Assembly (NCBI GenBank): GCA_010909165.1
Contig: VJWM01000063.1
Span: 1,488,001 to 1,552,000, forward strand
Direction of reading: 5' to 3'
Length of the DNA: 64,000 bases
Origin: Anthoceros angustus
Lineage: Eukaryota > Plantae > Anthocerotophyta
Below the pieces are notes generated by a model, which made no database searches, had not been told where the DNA came from, and saw only the letters and a list, made by a program, of their open reading frames with translations. The translations under genes and the position numbers were made by a program. This document shows, piece by piece, positions 1-13,049 of the stretch (the stretch's first letter is position 1; each line of letters starts with the position of its first letter).

Positions 1-480
1 CCCTCCAAGGAATCAGTCCGTTGCTGAAGTGCAGATATCCCTCTACGTGATCATATGGTGCGAAACTTGCTTTCAATTAAGTTTAGACAAGAATGAACCC
101 GTAACTTGAAGGAGAAGTTTTGAAAAAAAGATTTGTCTACAAGAAATCCAACGCTTATGTGTGTTAAAGTGTGTAAGCAAGTTGTACACAAGTTTCATCT
201 CAAACGAATGTACGATGTATTTATTTATTTTGGCCTACTATATTTTTTTTTGTTAGGATAAATAAAATAGATCAATCATAATTTATGATAGAAACTAGAA
301 ATACATCTACTGCTCAAGTATCGGTTTTGATGATGTATATGAAAAGGCTAGAGCTTTGTCACCAAATTACGTTGATTTAAAATCAAACAAATCGACATTA
401 CAACATTACTTTTTGTAAGCCCAAAACAGCCGATGCAAATTAGAAAAATAGCCCCTTTCTTCGTGATTACGGATAATCTG

Positions 481-2382
481 TTAATAACCAGGCCACCAAA
501 ACATCCAAGTACCTCCGCTAAACAATCACTACCTTCATTATCATAAAAGATTTTGTAGTCATATTGTTGAGGATCCGTTGTTGTTAAAGTATAGCCTTTT
601 GCATCACGTGGGATGAGATTATTATGCCCATCGGCCACTATAGTGTGCATTGCGCCCATGGGCTGGTACATCATTTACTCCACATGCTTTGCGGTCGTTC
701 GAACCAAATCGCCCATTCCCCATCACTACGTGTACTGTGGACTTCCCATTAGTGTTTCACCTCCCATTGCATTTCAGAAGCCCATCTCGCAAAAGACCTT
801 CAGATAGATATTATTTGGCCAATAACCTACAGCTATGCCCTCGATATACCACACATCTCTGTAGCATCTAGATTACAAATCAACCCAATTTGTAAATAGG
901 GTGAATGAACTTGCCACATTGGACAAATACATTAAAACTATTCAAAGCTCTTGAAATAAAGAAGAATAGAATGATATAGTTATATATCACGATACCTTGT
1001 TAATGCCAAGAGCATGCTTGTGCCATCATAATTCAGACAAAACCACCACCAAGGACATAGGTTGCATCGGTTTGAATAAATCAGCATTGTAGATTGAAGC
1101 ATCCCGTTGTTTGATAATTATCCTGTATTAACACACAACACTTTATATTAGCTACGAAGTTTGAACTAACATGCATTACTAGTGAAGGAATGTTGCTTTC
1201 CATAGGAATCACTTCGTCCAATAAATAAACAAATGAGGTTGTGCATCCGAAAACATTAATGGTTCCACCTATTTTTGAAGAAACAAGAAATTTCAAATGT
1301 TAGGTGCCTTCCACCAAAACGTTATTATATTTTCTTGGATTATAAAACTCTTTTGAGATTTGATTGATATGTTTATAATACTATAACATAAAGCAACATA
1401 ACAATCCACACTTGACGTATTACATTATTATTGCCTGATGCTATAACCCAAATTTGCGAGATTGTACCATCTTGGTTTGTCATATCGACGAGGATTCCAA
1501 AGACTAATCCGTTCCACCTCCATTCCACTTTCCCGGACTTGAAGCAACGACATCACGTTTATATCTACATATGTTAATGAATCTTGCATGCTTGTGTACG
1601 TGTTTAACAATAGCTTCATGCTTGCTACATTGATCTATCTAGTTCTCATTATCATGAGGACTTCATGGTTTGAGGTACTTACATGATGCGTGACCGATTG
1701 AACTTGGCCTAGAGCTCTTTTGCGGCCGTATTTACTTTGTGCACGTTATCTCCTTTGCTTGCACGTAGAATAGGTATAGTACCTTCGGACACGAACCAAC
1801 TTCATGTTGATAGAGTATAAATCGTGTTGCTTGATAACATAGTTGTGATTCGCCTTTTGAGTTGATGTTGATGGTTTCTACGTAGTACTGGAGCTATTTT
1901 AGATCTTGAGCATCAAATGAAGACAAAGTATGCTAATGTTATAGTTACATCCGTTTGAAATGAAAGCCATAACGAAAGCACACTTACTTGAATCACATGA
2001 TCCTTAAAGCGTGGATCTCGTAGTGTTAGTTGGTGCTCAATCTTCACGCAATCTACTATCGAACCATCTGTAGCTGGAATCAATTCAAACATAAAAATAG
2101 CGAGTCGCTTTTAAGATACTAATGCAAAGAATGGTCAAGCCTAAAAAAAAACCTTAGAACCTTTAGTTAATATGAATAAAAATTCCCAATCAACAAGAAT
2201 TGGGGAATCGTTAAAATCTCACAAATTAAAGGAAAGTAAAAAACTTGTGTGTTTGGACAAATGGCAATGTACCATCTTTTGAAATAAAAGCTTTCCTTTG
2301 TGCCTCAACCAACGCTTTTGCTTCCATAGCTAAAAAGGAACAAGAAGCTTGCCAATAGTAGGATTAGCCAAGTGTTAGACAT
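481..2382 (-). CDS. Neprosin-family (DUF239) secreted glutamic peptidase precursor, copy 1; 7 exons; apparent indels
   Basis: Reconstructed exons: ~2273-2382 MSNTWLILLLASFLFLFSYGSKALVEAQRKAFISKD (signal peptide); 1988-2067 DGSIVDCVKIEHQLTLRDPRFKDHVIQ; 1683-1877 ...HEVGSCPEGTIPILR...; ~1402-1554 YVVASSPGKWNGG..ISLWNP..SQIWVI..EVGWI; ~1214-1268 VEPLMFSDAQPHLFIYWT; 996-1122 DNYQTTGCFNLQCPGFIQT; 481-~860 GYWP..WGGE..MGNGRF..DPQQYDY..FGG(P)G. These match the Neprosin_AP (PF14365) and Neprosin (PF03080) motif order. Some frames need single-base corrections. Confidence 0.88.
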
Positions 2383-2489
2383 GGTGTCAACTAGTCTTCA
2401 CTAGGAAGTCTCACAAGAAAAGGAGCTTGAACATGAACTTAGCTAATTTAGAACAACTTTAACTCGACAATAATGTGAATAAGAGTGAA

Positions 2490-2583
2490 GCACACACACA
2501 CATATATAGACCATATCTAAAATTATTTCTTGAACTTATCTCTTGGTATACAATTGATCTTGATACATATATGTACATGCATG
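2490..2583 (-). promoter_or_regulatory. Putative core promoter of the neprosin gene (TATA-like CTATATAT, a (GT)n tract and an RY-like CATGCATG), repeated in every unit
   Basis: On the minus strand, CTATATAT at 2502-2509 lies ~120 bp upstream of the ATG and is followed by a GT repeat. CATGCATG is at 2576-2583. Assigned from motif and position only. Confidence 0.4.
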
Positions 2584-2819
2584 TATGCGCCAGATTCTTG
2601 AATTAGTTATGGATATGGAAAATGCCCATCAGAGAAGCTCAGCCTGATTTTTCTCTTAAGCTTCAGATGGGCGAGCTCTTGCGACTAGGTACATTTGCAA
2701 TTCAGCTAATATTGTGAAGCGCTTTTCCGCCAAGTTTGGTGATAAAACACTACCCAAAAGTTTTAGTGTTTGAAGTTTGCCAAGGCATCATGAGCTCATC
2801 ATATCCAAAGGTCCTTACC

Positions 2820-3142
2820 CAAGCCTCGCTACCATTTCTATAGACTATCGCATGTTGGGCTTCCCTATTTTGATCATTGGCACGATCCTTTGCGGACATC
2901 ATACCGCTAATAGCTACCAATATTTTACATTACATCATGGTGTTGCAATGTATGTACATTCTCATGCCATATGTGAGCTTCCAAGAAAATCTCATTACCC
3001 TTATGACCCTTTTTGAAGGTAAGCAATAGCTATGCTCTCCGGCCAATGTGGCGCATCACATTGATGTGTGTCCTTCAAATCTTAGTTCTCGATATTTAGC
3101 TTAGTTTCCACATTGAAGGTTTGTGTTATTTTGATAATACAG
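2820..3142 (+). repeat. Module A: diverged direct repeat with a donor-intron-acceptor signature (in every unit)
   Basis: Aligns by eye with 5603-5922: catgttgggcttc..tattttgatc, catcatggtgtt, atatgtgagct..caagaaaatct, aag|gtaag donor at 3019, tacag acceptor at ~3142. Confidence 0.7.
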
Positions 3143-3367
3143 ATTATCGGCATGCATATAGTGTGATGACGACAAAGGAAATTGGCAATGAGGTGATTTT
3201 GCAATTCCTACCCTCGACGACACTCAACACACTTGAATGCTGCGGTGGCTCAACTTCTCAATTGGAATGGAATGTCGATGATGGTGGTATGATGTATCAA
3301 TTTCCCATGTCCTCATTTTAAATGTCACAAACTTTCTAACGTTATTATGGATTTGGTCATAATGAGT

Positions 3368-5200
3368 CTTCATGTTGTAGAGGATTTGTTTGGGCATAAA
3401 CACAAATCTTTATGACGGTCTCACTGCTGGTTAGATGTAAGCCCTAAAGGAATAATCTACTCAAATTGAGTGGTTGTTGTAGCGTTTTGGGCCCTCATGT
3501 TTTCCACATCCATTTTTACGTCGGACCTTTGAGCATATGTGCCTCGCAATGTGGAGAACATGTAGATTTTTAGAGCGGACCAACACCATCTCCATGCCCG
3601 TGAGCTTGAAGGAGATTCCTGTAAGATGCGTGGAACAAAGCTGTACATGCTGAGGCCCACCATCACAATGGCCTCTTCTTGAGCCACGAGCTAGAGCCCT
3701 CGCTAGACCGTGGTCGTAAGGCCTCAACAACCTTGATGGCCACGGCAATATCCGGTCGTCACGGTGCGTGTTGCCGATTGTTTAGGTCGATCCGATGTGT
3801 TTTTAGAAATGGAGGTCACCTAAGCATAGCTTAGTAGGACTAGCCCAATTTTTCTTTGGAAAATGTGATGGCCATGCTCTTGACTTTCAATTGTGCTCAT
3901 TTTTGTGACAATGTCCATGGCCTTGCTAAGAATTCAATCCGTGATGAAGTTTGCTCAACCCAAGTCCTTGTCATTCTGCAAGCCTGTGAGGATGCTCGCC
4001 TGCCTTGTGACCTGAAGGGTCAAAGGGCATTGGAAATTTGTGGAAATGTCATATAAGGCATTGCCTTGTTTCAAAAGAGATGAGAGATACATACATGCGT
4101 GCACGGTGGTCATTGTGAGAGTGAGACCAGGTAAAGCAGTTTTTTTAAAAATAAAATATACATAAATACATGATATTCACCGACGTAAATGGACTTCGTC
4201 CTTTAGGAGTTGAATTCCATGGCAGCATGCCAAAGAGCATTTCAGTTCGTGAACATTCAAAGCCCGGGGGCCACAATCTTCCTAAGTACGTTGTCGGCGG
4301 AGAAATGGGATCACAAAGAATGCAACGACGATTGCGATTGTAGAAGCATAAGGAGCCAAAGCAAAGATTCGAGTTGCCGAGGCAAGATGCGGAGATTGCA
4401 AACATCGGCATCCGCGCCCACGGTCCCGAGCTCATCGGCCTTGCGACCGAGGCGGTAGGTGGAGAAATCATTCCACAAGGTGACATCGGAATAGAATCAC
4501 GCATGACAAGCATGGTCGTGAGTTTTGATCCAAGAAAATCTTGGCAAAGGCGTGTCATCGATCAAACGAAGGGTGACTTCGACCCGAGCAACCGTATGGT
4601 GCTGACTTGATGGAAAGGAGGTCTTGCTCGGGTTGGATCCACCAAACCGGATCGCCGCAGATTCAAGACGATGTTGTGAGAACCAGCATTGATAAAGCTC
4701 AAGAACTACCATCGGGTTTGGCCTCCAATCGGCGAACAACATTTGGTTGGATGTGGGATTGCTTGGGATCCGCAGGTGAATCGAAGGTGATTGTGAAGTC
4801 GGTGTCGCATAAGCGCACCGCCAGTTGGGGAACCCGATATATGGGCGTGACGCGCTGCCCTCGCCGATGTCGTTGTCATGTGCTAGAGAGACCGTGGAAC
4901 CCACAAGGGGTGTGCTGCCCACTTTGTTGTAAAGGCGCTGTAGGTGTTGTCACTAGTCGCCCTGGTGTTCAAGTCGATGCATTACCACTTCTATCCCATG
5001 TTGGAATGGCTAGCTTGCCAATGCCACGCAATGCAGGCCCACCCCTTGTAACTTCCGGCTGGATGAAGAAACGTAAGCACAAGGCAAAATTTCAAAGGTC
5101 TAAGTGCTATGCCCGTAAAACATCTCTCATCCCACGATGGTGAGACCATTATTGAAGCATTTGTTATGCTCTATGAGAAAATGATGCTCAGAACGTTCGA
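3368..5200. other. Unidentified GC-richer degenerate segment of the repeat unit, possibly a transposon or gene relic
   Basis: Broken plus-strand ORF pieces recur in all units (IESRMTSMVVSFDPRKSW, YGARLDGKEVLLGLDPPNR, MHYHFYPMLEWLACQC). No recognisable RT, integrase or transposase motif. Part of it has a homologue outside the array. Confidence 0.35.
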
Positions 5201-5602
5201 ATGAGGACATTTTAAGATTGATACATTATCGACCACGATCATCCAAATTCCATAAATTTTAATATAGAACATTCACCACTCGCAACATTCAAGTGCAACC
5301 TCGATTTTGCGGAAACATTTCAAGCACAAGCAATCTTGCCCATCCAGGTCCATAGGCGGATAGGATCCTTGTGTGATGCTCCTCACTTTTTCATAGAGAA
5401 GCAGTCTTGTGCACACGGCACAAAGGGCCACTTGCCCAACAAAATGTCCATACATTTGCAACATTATGAATCTAGCTTTCAGCTCTAGTATCAAGCTTTG
5501 TCATGCTTAATCCATTGTGTCGATTCTTACTAGAGGGGAGGAGAAGGTGCGGATTGTGCTTGTATGAACACATTATTGTCGTGGGGCGCAAGCATTTTAA
5601 TG

Positions 5603-5922
5603 CAAGCGCCACCACCATTAGGGTCTCTACATGTTGGGCTTCTCTATTTTGATCGTTGGCATGCTTCTTTCCGGATAGCATATCCGATAGCTACTAGTGT
5701 TACGCCGACATCATGGTGTTTCACGTCCGGTGTTACAAAATGATGCGATATGTGAGCTCACAAGAAAATCTTATGACTCATTTTCAAGGTAAGAGATAGT
5801 ACGCTCTTGGGCTGACTATGTCCCCACATATTATTACTTCGACGTGTTGTCCTTCGAGATCCTAATTCTTGTTATCTTCTTTATATCTAAGTTTTGTGTT
5901 ACTCGGTTGATTGTAATTACAG
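5603..5922 (+). repeat. Module B: diverged paralogue of module A (in every full unit)
   Basis: Same motif order as module A; donor caag|gtaag at 5789 and acceptor tacag at ~5922. Confidence 0.7.
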
Positions 5923-6769
5923 GATGCAAGCAAAACATTCAAGTTGAAGCTTTCCCTGTTTTAAGGTTTAGCTTTAATTTTCCGTTTCTTTCTTTTACTT
6001 AAGCATATATTTGCCATTTGGTGGCTTAACTCACGTTCATACTCAAAGGCTTCAGTGTTTGTTGCAATGCTAGTAAGCCTGTGACATTGTGAGCACCTGG
6101 TCGCACCTTGTAAGTCAAGCTTAATTTTGGTAATAAAAATAAATCGAACATTGGGGATTTTGCAAGGTTCTAATTCTTAAAAATATGTCTTCATCGGGCA
6201 TGAACCAAATTTCAGTCATGGTGTTTTTGGTGTTTTATTTAAAAGTTGACTCACAAAGTTTCTATAGACCGTTAATCGAAGTTAGAGGACAAAAGCCTCC
6301 AAGGAATCATCCCGTTCAAGTGCATAGATATCCCTCTACGTGATCATATGGTGCTAAACTTGCTTTCAATTAAGTTTGACAAGAATGAACCTGTAACTTG
6401 AAGGAGAAGTTTTGAAAAATAGATTTGTCTACAAGAAATCCAACGCTTATGTGTGTTAAAGTGTAAGCAAGTTGTACACAAGTTTCATCTCAAAGCGATA
6501 TACGGATGTATTTATTTATTTTGGCCTACTATATTTTTTGTTAGGATAAATAAAATAGATCAATCATAATTTATGATAGAAACTAGAAATACATCTACTC
6601 GTTCAAGTATCGGTTTTGATGATGTATATGAAAAGGCTATAGCTTTGTCACCAAATTACGTTGATTTAAAATCAAACAAATCGACATTACAACATTACTT
6701 TTTGTAAGCCCAAAGCAAATGGATGCAAATTAAGAAAAAATAGCCCCTTCTTGATTACGGATAATCTGG

Positions 6770-8650
6770 TTAATAACCAGGCCACCAAAACATCCAAGTA
6801 CCTCGCTAAACAATCACTACCTTCATTATCATAAAAGATTTTGTAGTCATATTGTTGAGGATCCGTTGTTAGAAGTATAGGCCTTTTGCATCACGTGGGA
6901 TGAGATTATTATGCCCATCGGCCACTATAGTGTGCATTGCAGCCATGTGGTACATCATTTACTCCACATGTTTGGTCCGTGGCGGTCAGAACCAAATCGC
7001 CCATTCCCTATCACTCGATGACCGTGGACTTCCCATTAGTGTTTCACCTCCCATTGCATTTGTTAGCAAGCCCATCTCGCAAAAGACCTTACGTAGATAT
7101 TATTTGGCCAATAACCTCTGGTATGCCCACGATATCTGACCACACATCTGCGTGGCACTAGCTATCACAAATCAACCCAATTTGTAAATAGGGTGAATGA
7201 ACTTGCCACATTGGACAAATACATTAAAACTATTCAAAGCTCTTGAAATAAAGAAGAATAGAATGATATAGTTATATATCACGATACCTTGTTAATGCAA
7301 GAGCATGCTTGTGCCATCATAATTACAAAAACCACCAAGGACATAGGTTGCATCGGTTTGAATAAATCCGAGGCATTGTAGATTGAAGCATCCTGTTGTT
7401 TGATAATTATCTTTCAGACACACACAACACTTTATATTAGCCTAAGTTTGAACTAACATGCATTACTAGTGAAGGAATGTTGCTTTCCATAGGAATCACT
7501 TCTTGTCAATAAATAAACAAATGAGGTTGTGCATCCGAAAACATTAATGGTTCCACCTATTTTTGAAGAAACAAGAAATTTCAAATGTTAGGTGCCTTCC
7601 CAAACGTTATTATATTTTCTTGGATTATAAAACTCTTTTGAGATTTGATTGATATGTTTATAATACTATAACATAAAGCAACATACTTACAATCCACCCC
7701 ACTTCATAGTATTACGGTTATTATTGCGATGCTATAACCCAAATTTAGATTGTACCATCTTGGTTTGTCATATCGCCTTGAGGATTCCAAAGACTAATAC
7801 GCTCCACCTCCATTCCACTTTCTCGGACTTGAAGCAACGACATACCGCATTTTATATCTACATATGTTAATGAATCTTGCATGCTTGCGTGTAACATAGC
7901 TTCATGCTTGCTACATTGATCTATCTAGTTCTCATTATCATGAGGACTTCATGGTTTAGGTACTTACATGATGCGTGACCGATTGAACTTGGCCTAGAGC
8001 TCTTTGCGGCTTCGTATTTACTTTGTGCACGTTATCTCCTTTGCACGTAGAATAGGTATAGTACCTTCCGGACACGAACCAACTTCATGTTGATAAGCAT
8101 CGCACGTGTTGCGGAATACAGTTGTGATTCGCCTTTTGAGTTGATGTTGATGGTTTCTACGTAGTACGTGGAGCTATTTTAGATCTTGAGCATCAAATGA
8201 AGACAAAGTATGCTAATGTTATAGTTACATCTTGAAATGAAAGCCATAGCAAAGCACTTACTTGAATCACATGATCCCAAAGCGTGGATCTCGAGTGTTA
8301 GTTGGTGCTCAATCTTCACGCAATCTACTATCGAACCATCCGTAAGTCGGAATCAATTCAAACATAAAAATAATAATTTAAGATACTAATGCAAAGAATG
8401 GTCAAGCCTAAAAAAAAAAACCTTAGAACCTTTAGTTAATATGAATAAAAATTCCAATCAACAAGAATTGGGGAATCGATTTAAAATCTCACAAATTAAA
8501 GGAAAGTAAAAACATACGCTGTGTGTTTGGACAAATGGCAATGTACCATCTTTTGAAATAAAAGCTTTGTGCCTCAACCAACGCTTTGCTTCCATAGCTA
8601 AAAAGGAACAAGAAGCTTGCCAATAGTAGGATTAGCCAAGTGTTAGACAT
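6770..8650 (-). CDS. Neprosin-family peptidase precursor, copy 2 (apparent indels)
   Basis: Same exon motifs as copy 1; ATG at 8650 and inferred stop at 6770. Confidence 0.85.
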
Positions 8651-11600
8651 GGTGTGCTCAACTAGTCTTCACTAGGAAGTCTCACAACAAAAGGAGCTTG
8701 AACATGAACTTGTAGCTAATTTAGAACAACTTTAACTCCGGACAATAATGTGAATAAGAGTGAAGCACACACACACACATATATAGACCATATCTAAAAT
8801 TATTTCTTGAACTTATCTCTTGGTATACAATTGATCTTGATACATATATGTACACATGCATGTGCCCAGATTCGAATTAGTTATGGATAGGAAAATGCCC
8901 ATGCGCGAGAAGCCCACTGATTTTTCTCTTAAGCTTGAATGGGCAGCTCTTGCGACTAGGCTTTGCAATTCAGCTAATATTGTGAAGCGCTTTTTAAACA
9001 CAAGTTTGGTGATAAAACACTACCCAAAAGTTTTAGTGTTTGAAGTTTGCCAAGGCATCATGAGCTCATCACATCCAAAGGTCCTTACCCAAGCCGCTAC
9101 CATTTCTATAGACTATCCGCATGTTGGGCTTCCCTATTTTGATCATTGGCACGATCCTTTGCGGACATCATACCGCTAATAGCTACCAATATTTTACATT
9201 ACATCATGGTGTTGCAGATGTACATTCTCATGCCATATGTGAGCTTCCAAGAAAATCTCATACCCTTATGACCCTTTTGAAGGTAAGCAATAGCTATGCT
9301 CTCCGACAATGTGCGATACATTGATGTGTGTCCTTCTCAAATCTTGGTTCAGTATTTAGCTTGGTTTCCACATTGAAGGTTTGTGTTATTTTGATAATAC
9401 AAGATTCTCGGCATGCATATAGTGTGATAGGCGACAAGGAAATTGGCAATGAGGTGATTTTGCAATTCCTACCTCTCGAGACTCAACACACCTTGAATCT
9501 GCACGGTGCCTCAAGCTCTCAATTGGAGTGGAATGTCGATGATGGTGGTATGATGTATCAATTTCCCATGTCCTCATTTTAAATGTCACAAACTTTCTAA
9601 CGTTATTATGGATTTGGTCATAATGAGTCTTCATGTTGTAGAGGATTTGTTTGGGCATAAACACAAATCTTTATGACTCACTGTTGGTTAGATGTAAGCC
9701 CTAAAGGACGAATCTACTCAAATTGAGTGGTTGTCGTAGTTTTGGGCCTGTGTTTTTCCACATCCATTTTTACGTCGGACCTTTGAGCATATGTGCCTGC
9801 AATGTGGAGAACATGTAGATTTTTAGAGCGGACAAACGAACACCATCTCCATGCCCAACGGTGAGCTTGAAGGGAGATTCACATGATGGAACAAAGCCGA
9901 GTGTATGCCGGGGCTGGTCACAATGGCCTCTTCTTGAGCCCCAGCTAGAGCCCTCTCGCTAGACCGTGGTCGATAAGGCCTCAACTGTGATGGCCTTGCA
10001 GGCAATATCCGGTCGTCGCAGGTGCGTGTTGCCGTTGTTTAGGTCTCGATCCCGATGTGTTTTTAGAAATGGAGGTCACCGCATAGCTTAGTAGGACTAG
10101 CCCAATTTTTCTTTGGAAAATGTGATGGCCATGCTCTTGACTTTCAATTGTGCTCATTTTTGTGACAATGTCCATGGCCTTGCTAAGAATTCAATCCGTG
10201 ATGAAGTTTGCTCAACCCAAGTCCTTGTCATTCTGCGCCACAAGTGAGGATGCTCGCTGCGGCCTTGTGACCTTGAAGGGTCAAAGGCATTGGAAATTTG
10301 TGGAAATGTCATATAAGGCATTGCCTTGTTTCAAAAGAGATGAGCGATACATGCAAGCTCTGGTCATTGTGAGAGTGAGACCAGTAAACGATTTTTTAAA
10401 AATAAAATATACATAAATACATGATATTCACCACAGAATGCCGAAAATGGACTTCGTCCTTAGGAGTTGAATTCAAGCCTGCATGCCAAAGAGCATTTCC
10501 AGATTCGTGAACATTCAAAGCGCGCACAATCTTCCTAAATACGTTGTCGACGGAGAAATGGGATCAAAGAATGCAACGGCGATTGCGATTGTAGAAGCAT
10601 AAGGAGCCAAAGCAAAGATTGAGTTGCCGAGGCAACGAAGATGCGAGATTGCAAACATCGGCATCCGGCGCCCGGTCCTCGAGCTCATCATGCGACCGGT
10701 AGGTGGGAGAAATCTCTCCACAAGGTGACATCGGAATAGAATCACGCATGACAAGCATGGTGGTGAGTTTTGATCCAAGAAAATCTTGGCGATGCGTGTG
10801 CAATCAAATCGAAGGGTGACACCGGGCACCGCGTATGGTGCTAGACTTGATGGAAAGGAGGTCTTGCTCGGGTTGGATCCACCAAACCGGATCGCCATGA
10901 TTCAGCGATGTTGTGAGAACCAGCATTGATAAAGCTCAAGAACTACCATCGGTTTGGCCTCCAATCGGTGAACAACATTTGGTTGGATGTGGGATTGCTT
11001 GGGATCCGCAGGTGAATCAAGGTGATTGTGAAGTCGGTGTCGTACAAGCGCACCGCCCGACAAGTTGGGGCAGCCCAACTTCCGGATATGGGCGTAGCAT
11101 GATGCGCGGCGCGCCCTCGCGCGATGTCGTTGTCATGTGCTAGAGACCGTGGAACCCACAAGGGCTGCTGCCCACTTTGTTGTAAAGACGTCTGAGGTGT
11201 TGTCAAGCGACTAGTCGCCGACTCGTGGGGTATGTTCAAGTCGATGCATTACCACTTCTATCCCATGTTGGAATGGCTAGCTTGCCAATGCCACGCAATG
11301 CAGGCCCACCACCCCTTGTAACTTCCAGCCGGATGAAGAAAGCGAAAGCACAAGGCAAAATTTCAAAGGTCTAAGTGCTATGCCCGTAAAACATCTCTCC
11401 CACGATGGTGAGACCATTATTGAAGCATTTGTTATGCTCTACAAGAGAAAATGATGCTAACGCTCGGAATGAGGACATTTTAAGATTGATACATTATCGG
11501 ACCACGATCATCCAAATTCCATAAATTTTAATATAGAACATTCGACCCACTCGCAACATTCAAGTGCAACCTCGATTTTGCGAAACATTTCAAGCACAAG

Positions 11601-13049
11601 CAATCTTGCCCATCCAGGTCCATAGGCGGGCGCATAGGATCCTTGTGTGATGCTCCTCACTTTTTCATAGAGGTCTTGTGCACACGGCACAAAGGGCCAC
11701 TTGCCCAACAAAATGTCCATACATTTGCAACATTATGAATCTAGCTTTCAGCTCTAGTATCAAGCTTTGTCATGCTTAATCCATTGTGTCTGATTCTTAC
11801 TAGAGGGAGGAGAAGGTGCGGATTGTGCTTGTATGAACACATTATTGCTGTGGGGCAAGCATTTTAATGCAAGCAAGCACGCCACCATTCCAGGGTCTCT
11901 ACATGTTGGGCTTCTCTATTTTGATCGTTGGCATGCTTCTTTCCGGATAGCATACCCGGCAGTAGCTACTAGTGTTACATCGACATCATGGTGTTTCACG
12001 GTCGATGTTACAAAATGATGCGATATGTGAGCTCACAAGAAAATCTTATGACTCATTTTCAAGGTAAGAGATAGTCGCTCTTGGTGACTATGTCCCCATA
12101 TTATTAGACGTGTTGTCCTTCGAGATCCTAGATCGTTATCTTCTTTATATCTAAGTTTTGTGTTACTCGGTTGATTGTAACTACAGGATGCAAGCAAAAA
12201 AACATTCTGTTGAAGCTTTCATGGTTTTAAGGTTTAGCTTTAATTTTCCGTTTCTTTCTTTTACTTCCAAGCATATGTTACTGCGAGGCCATTTGGTGGC
12301 TTAACTCACGCTCATACTCAAAGGCTTGGTGTTTGTTGCAAATGCTAGTAAGCTGCAGACATTTGAGCACCGGCGGTATGTCGCACCTTGTGTAATGCGG
12401 CTTAATTTTGGTAATAAAAATAAATCGAACATTGGGGATTTTGAAGGTTCTAATTCCCTTAAAAATATGTCTTCATCGCATGAACCAGCTCAAATCATGG
12501 TGTTTTTGGTGTTTTATTTAAAAGTTGACTCACAAAGTTTCTATAGACCGGTTAATCGGGTTAGAGGACAAAAGCCCTCCAAGGAATCGATCCGTTCAAG
12601 TGCGCAAGATATCCCTCTTGATCATCATGGTGCGAAACTTGCTTTCAATTAAGTTTAGACAAGAATGAACCAGGTAACTTGAAGGAGAAGTTTTGAAAAA
12701 TAGATTTGTCTACAAGAAATCCAACGTTTATGTGTTAAAGTGTAAGCAAGTTGTACACAAGTTTCATCTCAAACAGAATGTCGGATGTATTTATTTTTTG
12801 GCCTACTATATTTTTTGTTAGGATAAATAAAATAGATCAATCATAATTTATGATAGAAACTAGAATACATCTACCGTTCAAGTATCGGTTTTGATGATGT
12901 ATATGAAAAGGCTAGAGCTTTGTCACCAAATTACGTTGATTTAAAATCAAACAAATCGACATTACAACATTACTTTTTGTAAGCCCAAAACAAAGTCGGA
13001 TGCAAATTAAGAAAAATAGTACTCTTCAGGATTACGGATAATCTGGTTA

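Noticed and set aside
2180-2210. Small hairpin attcccaat-N8-attggggaat in neprosin intron 1
   Set aside because: The stem is short and imperfect in AT-rich intron DNA, which is expected by chance and too short for a miRNA or MITE.
2820-3020. RecQ-like helicase motif in module A (SIDYPHVGL ... SFQE)
   Set aside because: The resemblance covers only a few residues, the reading frame is uncertain, and no other helicase motifs are present.
2820-5922. Intact LTR retrotransposon with modules A and B as LTRs
   Set aside because: No clear TG...CA termini, PBS, PPT or RT/RNaseH/integrase motifs, and the modules are strongly diverged. Kept only as a possibility in the findings.
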